Source of the DNA: Monocercomonoides exilis PA203
Taxonomy: Eukaryota; Protista; Preaxostyla
Reading direction: 5' to 3'
Assembly (NCBI GenBank): GCA_001643675.2
Contig: LSRY02000031.1
Span: 186,001 to 250,000, forward strand
Length of the DNA stretch: 64,000 nt
In this document: piece by piece, positions 63,166-64,000 of the stretch
How the letters are laid out: the number at the start of each line of letters is the position of its first letter
How positions within the stretch are numbered: position 1 is the stretch's first letter
The notes under the pieces: model-generated
What the model saw: only the letters and a program-made list of their open reading frames with translations
Database searches by the model: none
Told to the model about the DNA's origin: nothing
Position numbers and translations under genes: made by a program

Positions 63166-64000
63166 TTCCCCGATATATTCTTCTGAAATTTCTGATTGTT
63201 ATTTATTGAATGACACTTATATATGATTTTTATTACCAAAATAATGAAGTTCACAATTCTTTTTATAGGATTTGATCACAATGTTCGACATGATGTGTTG
63301 AATATGAACTAAATCATATAATTTTTTGATATGTTGCTGAGATATAATAAAGGCATTTCAAAAAGACAATTATTTCATTTTTTTTCGACTGTCCGCAAAA
63401 GAAATATTTTATCCCAAACAAACATTGTAATTAAAACTACTGTTTAATCCAATTCAGAAATATTTCACCCCACTTTTCAATTGCAACATTTCACACCAGA
63501 AAAAACATTAGCTTTGCTAATAAGCTTGCAAATTCTTATTGATTTAACTTTCAGTTCTTTCTGCGAATAATTAAGAGGGAGGAGAATATTTTCTGATTTT
63601 TCAAATTTCTATATTATTTTCTAATTAAAATTTCTCTTTTAATAGAATATTGTTTTTGCAATGAAATAATATTCACAAATTATTCGATGGCTCAAATTTT
63701 ATTATGTGCTTTTTAACATTAAAAAGCAAACATTTTTTTTCTTTTAAAAAAACAGAAAAAAACTTTTAAAAAAATGATAAAAATAATTAACTTAAAAAAA
63801 CCACAAAGATTTCAAAATTTAAAGCCTTAAATAACTGAAATATCAGATCTAAGAACATCAAGCCAACTGATTCTCAATTAAAAATTTCATTTATAATAAT
63901 TTTTATTCTTATGCATAATAAGATTTTGCCGATTGCAATGAAATTTGAATATATTGATGTAAAGGATATATGCTGAAGAATCCGTCAGAACCAAATTCAT

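Overview
AT-rich eukaryotic genomic DNA with short GT-AG introns, the standard genetic code, and huge poly-Ser/poly-Glu expansions in proteins. This style and the GGA-repeat beta-helix gene family suggest an oxymonad protist such as Monocercomonoides (inference, not verified). The first ~20 kb is transposon-rich. Its main feature is a three-level nest, reconstructed by eye. A decayed hAT transposase gene (1-2300 + 12058-12709) is split by a 9.75-kb Merlin/IS1595-type element (2301-12049; 171-bp TIRs, 8-bp TSD TATTTTTC). That element carries its own DDE transposase and captured host-gene pieces. The transposase 3' end is in turn interrupted by a 2.4-kb non-autonomous element (6763-9162; 166-bp TIRs, 8-bp TSD AATCGATC) whose only cargo is a fragment of a beta-helix (Pmp-like) surface-protein gene, i.e. 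an apparent 'Pack-Merlin' gene-capture system. A second decayed Merlin transposase, MITE-like repeats and a GC-rich decayed island also occur. Host genes: a 718-aa orphan, a DENND6-like protein, TRM7/FTSJ1 head-to-head with RPS20 (which has a GC-AG intron), a divergent ATG18/PROPPIN-like protein, a long-chain acyl-CoA synthetase with a split P-loop, an SMCR8-like giant protein and a telobox-Myb (TRF-like) protein. All calls come from reading motifs manually; no searches were run.
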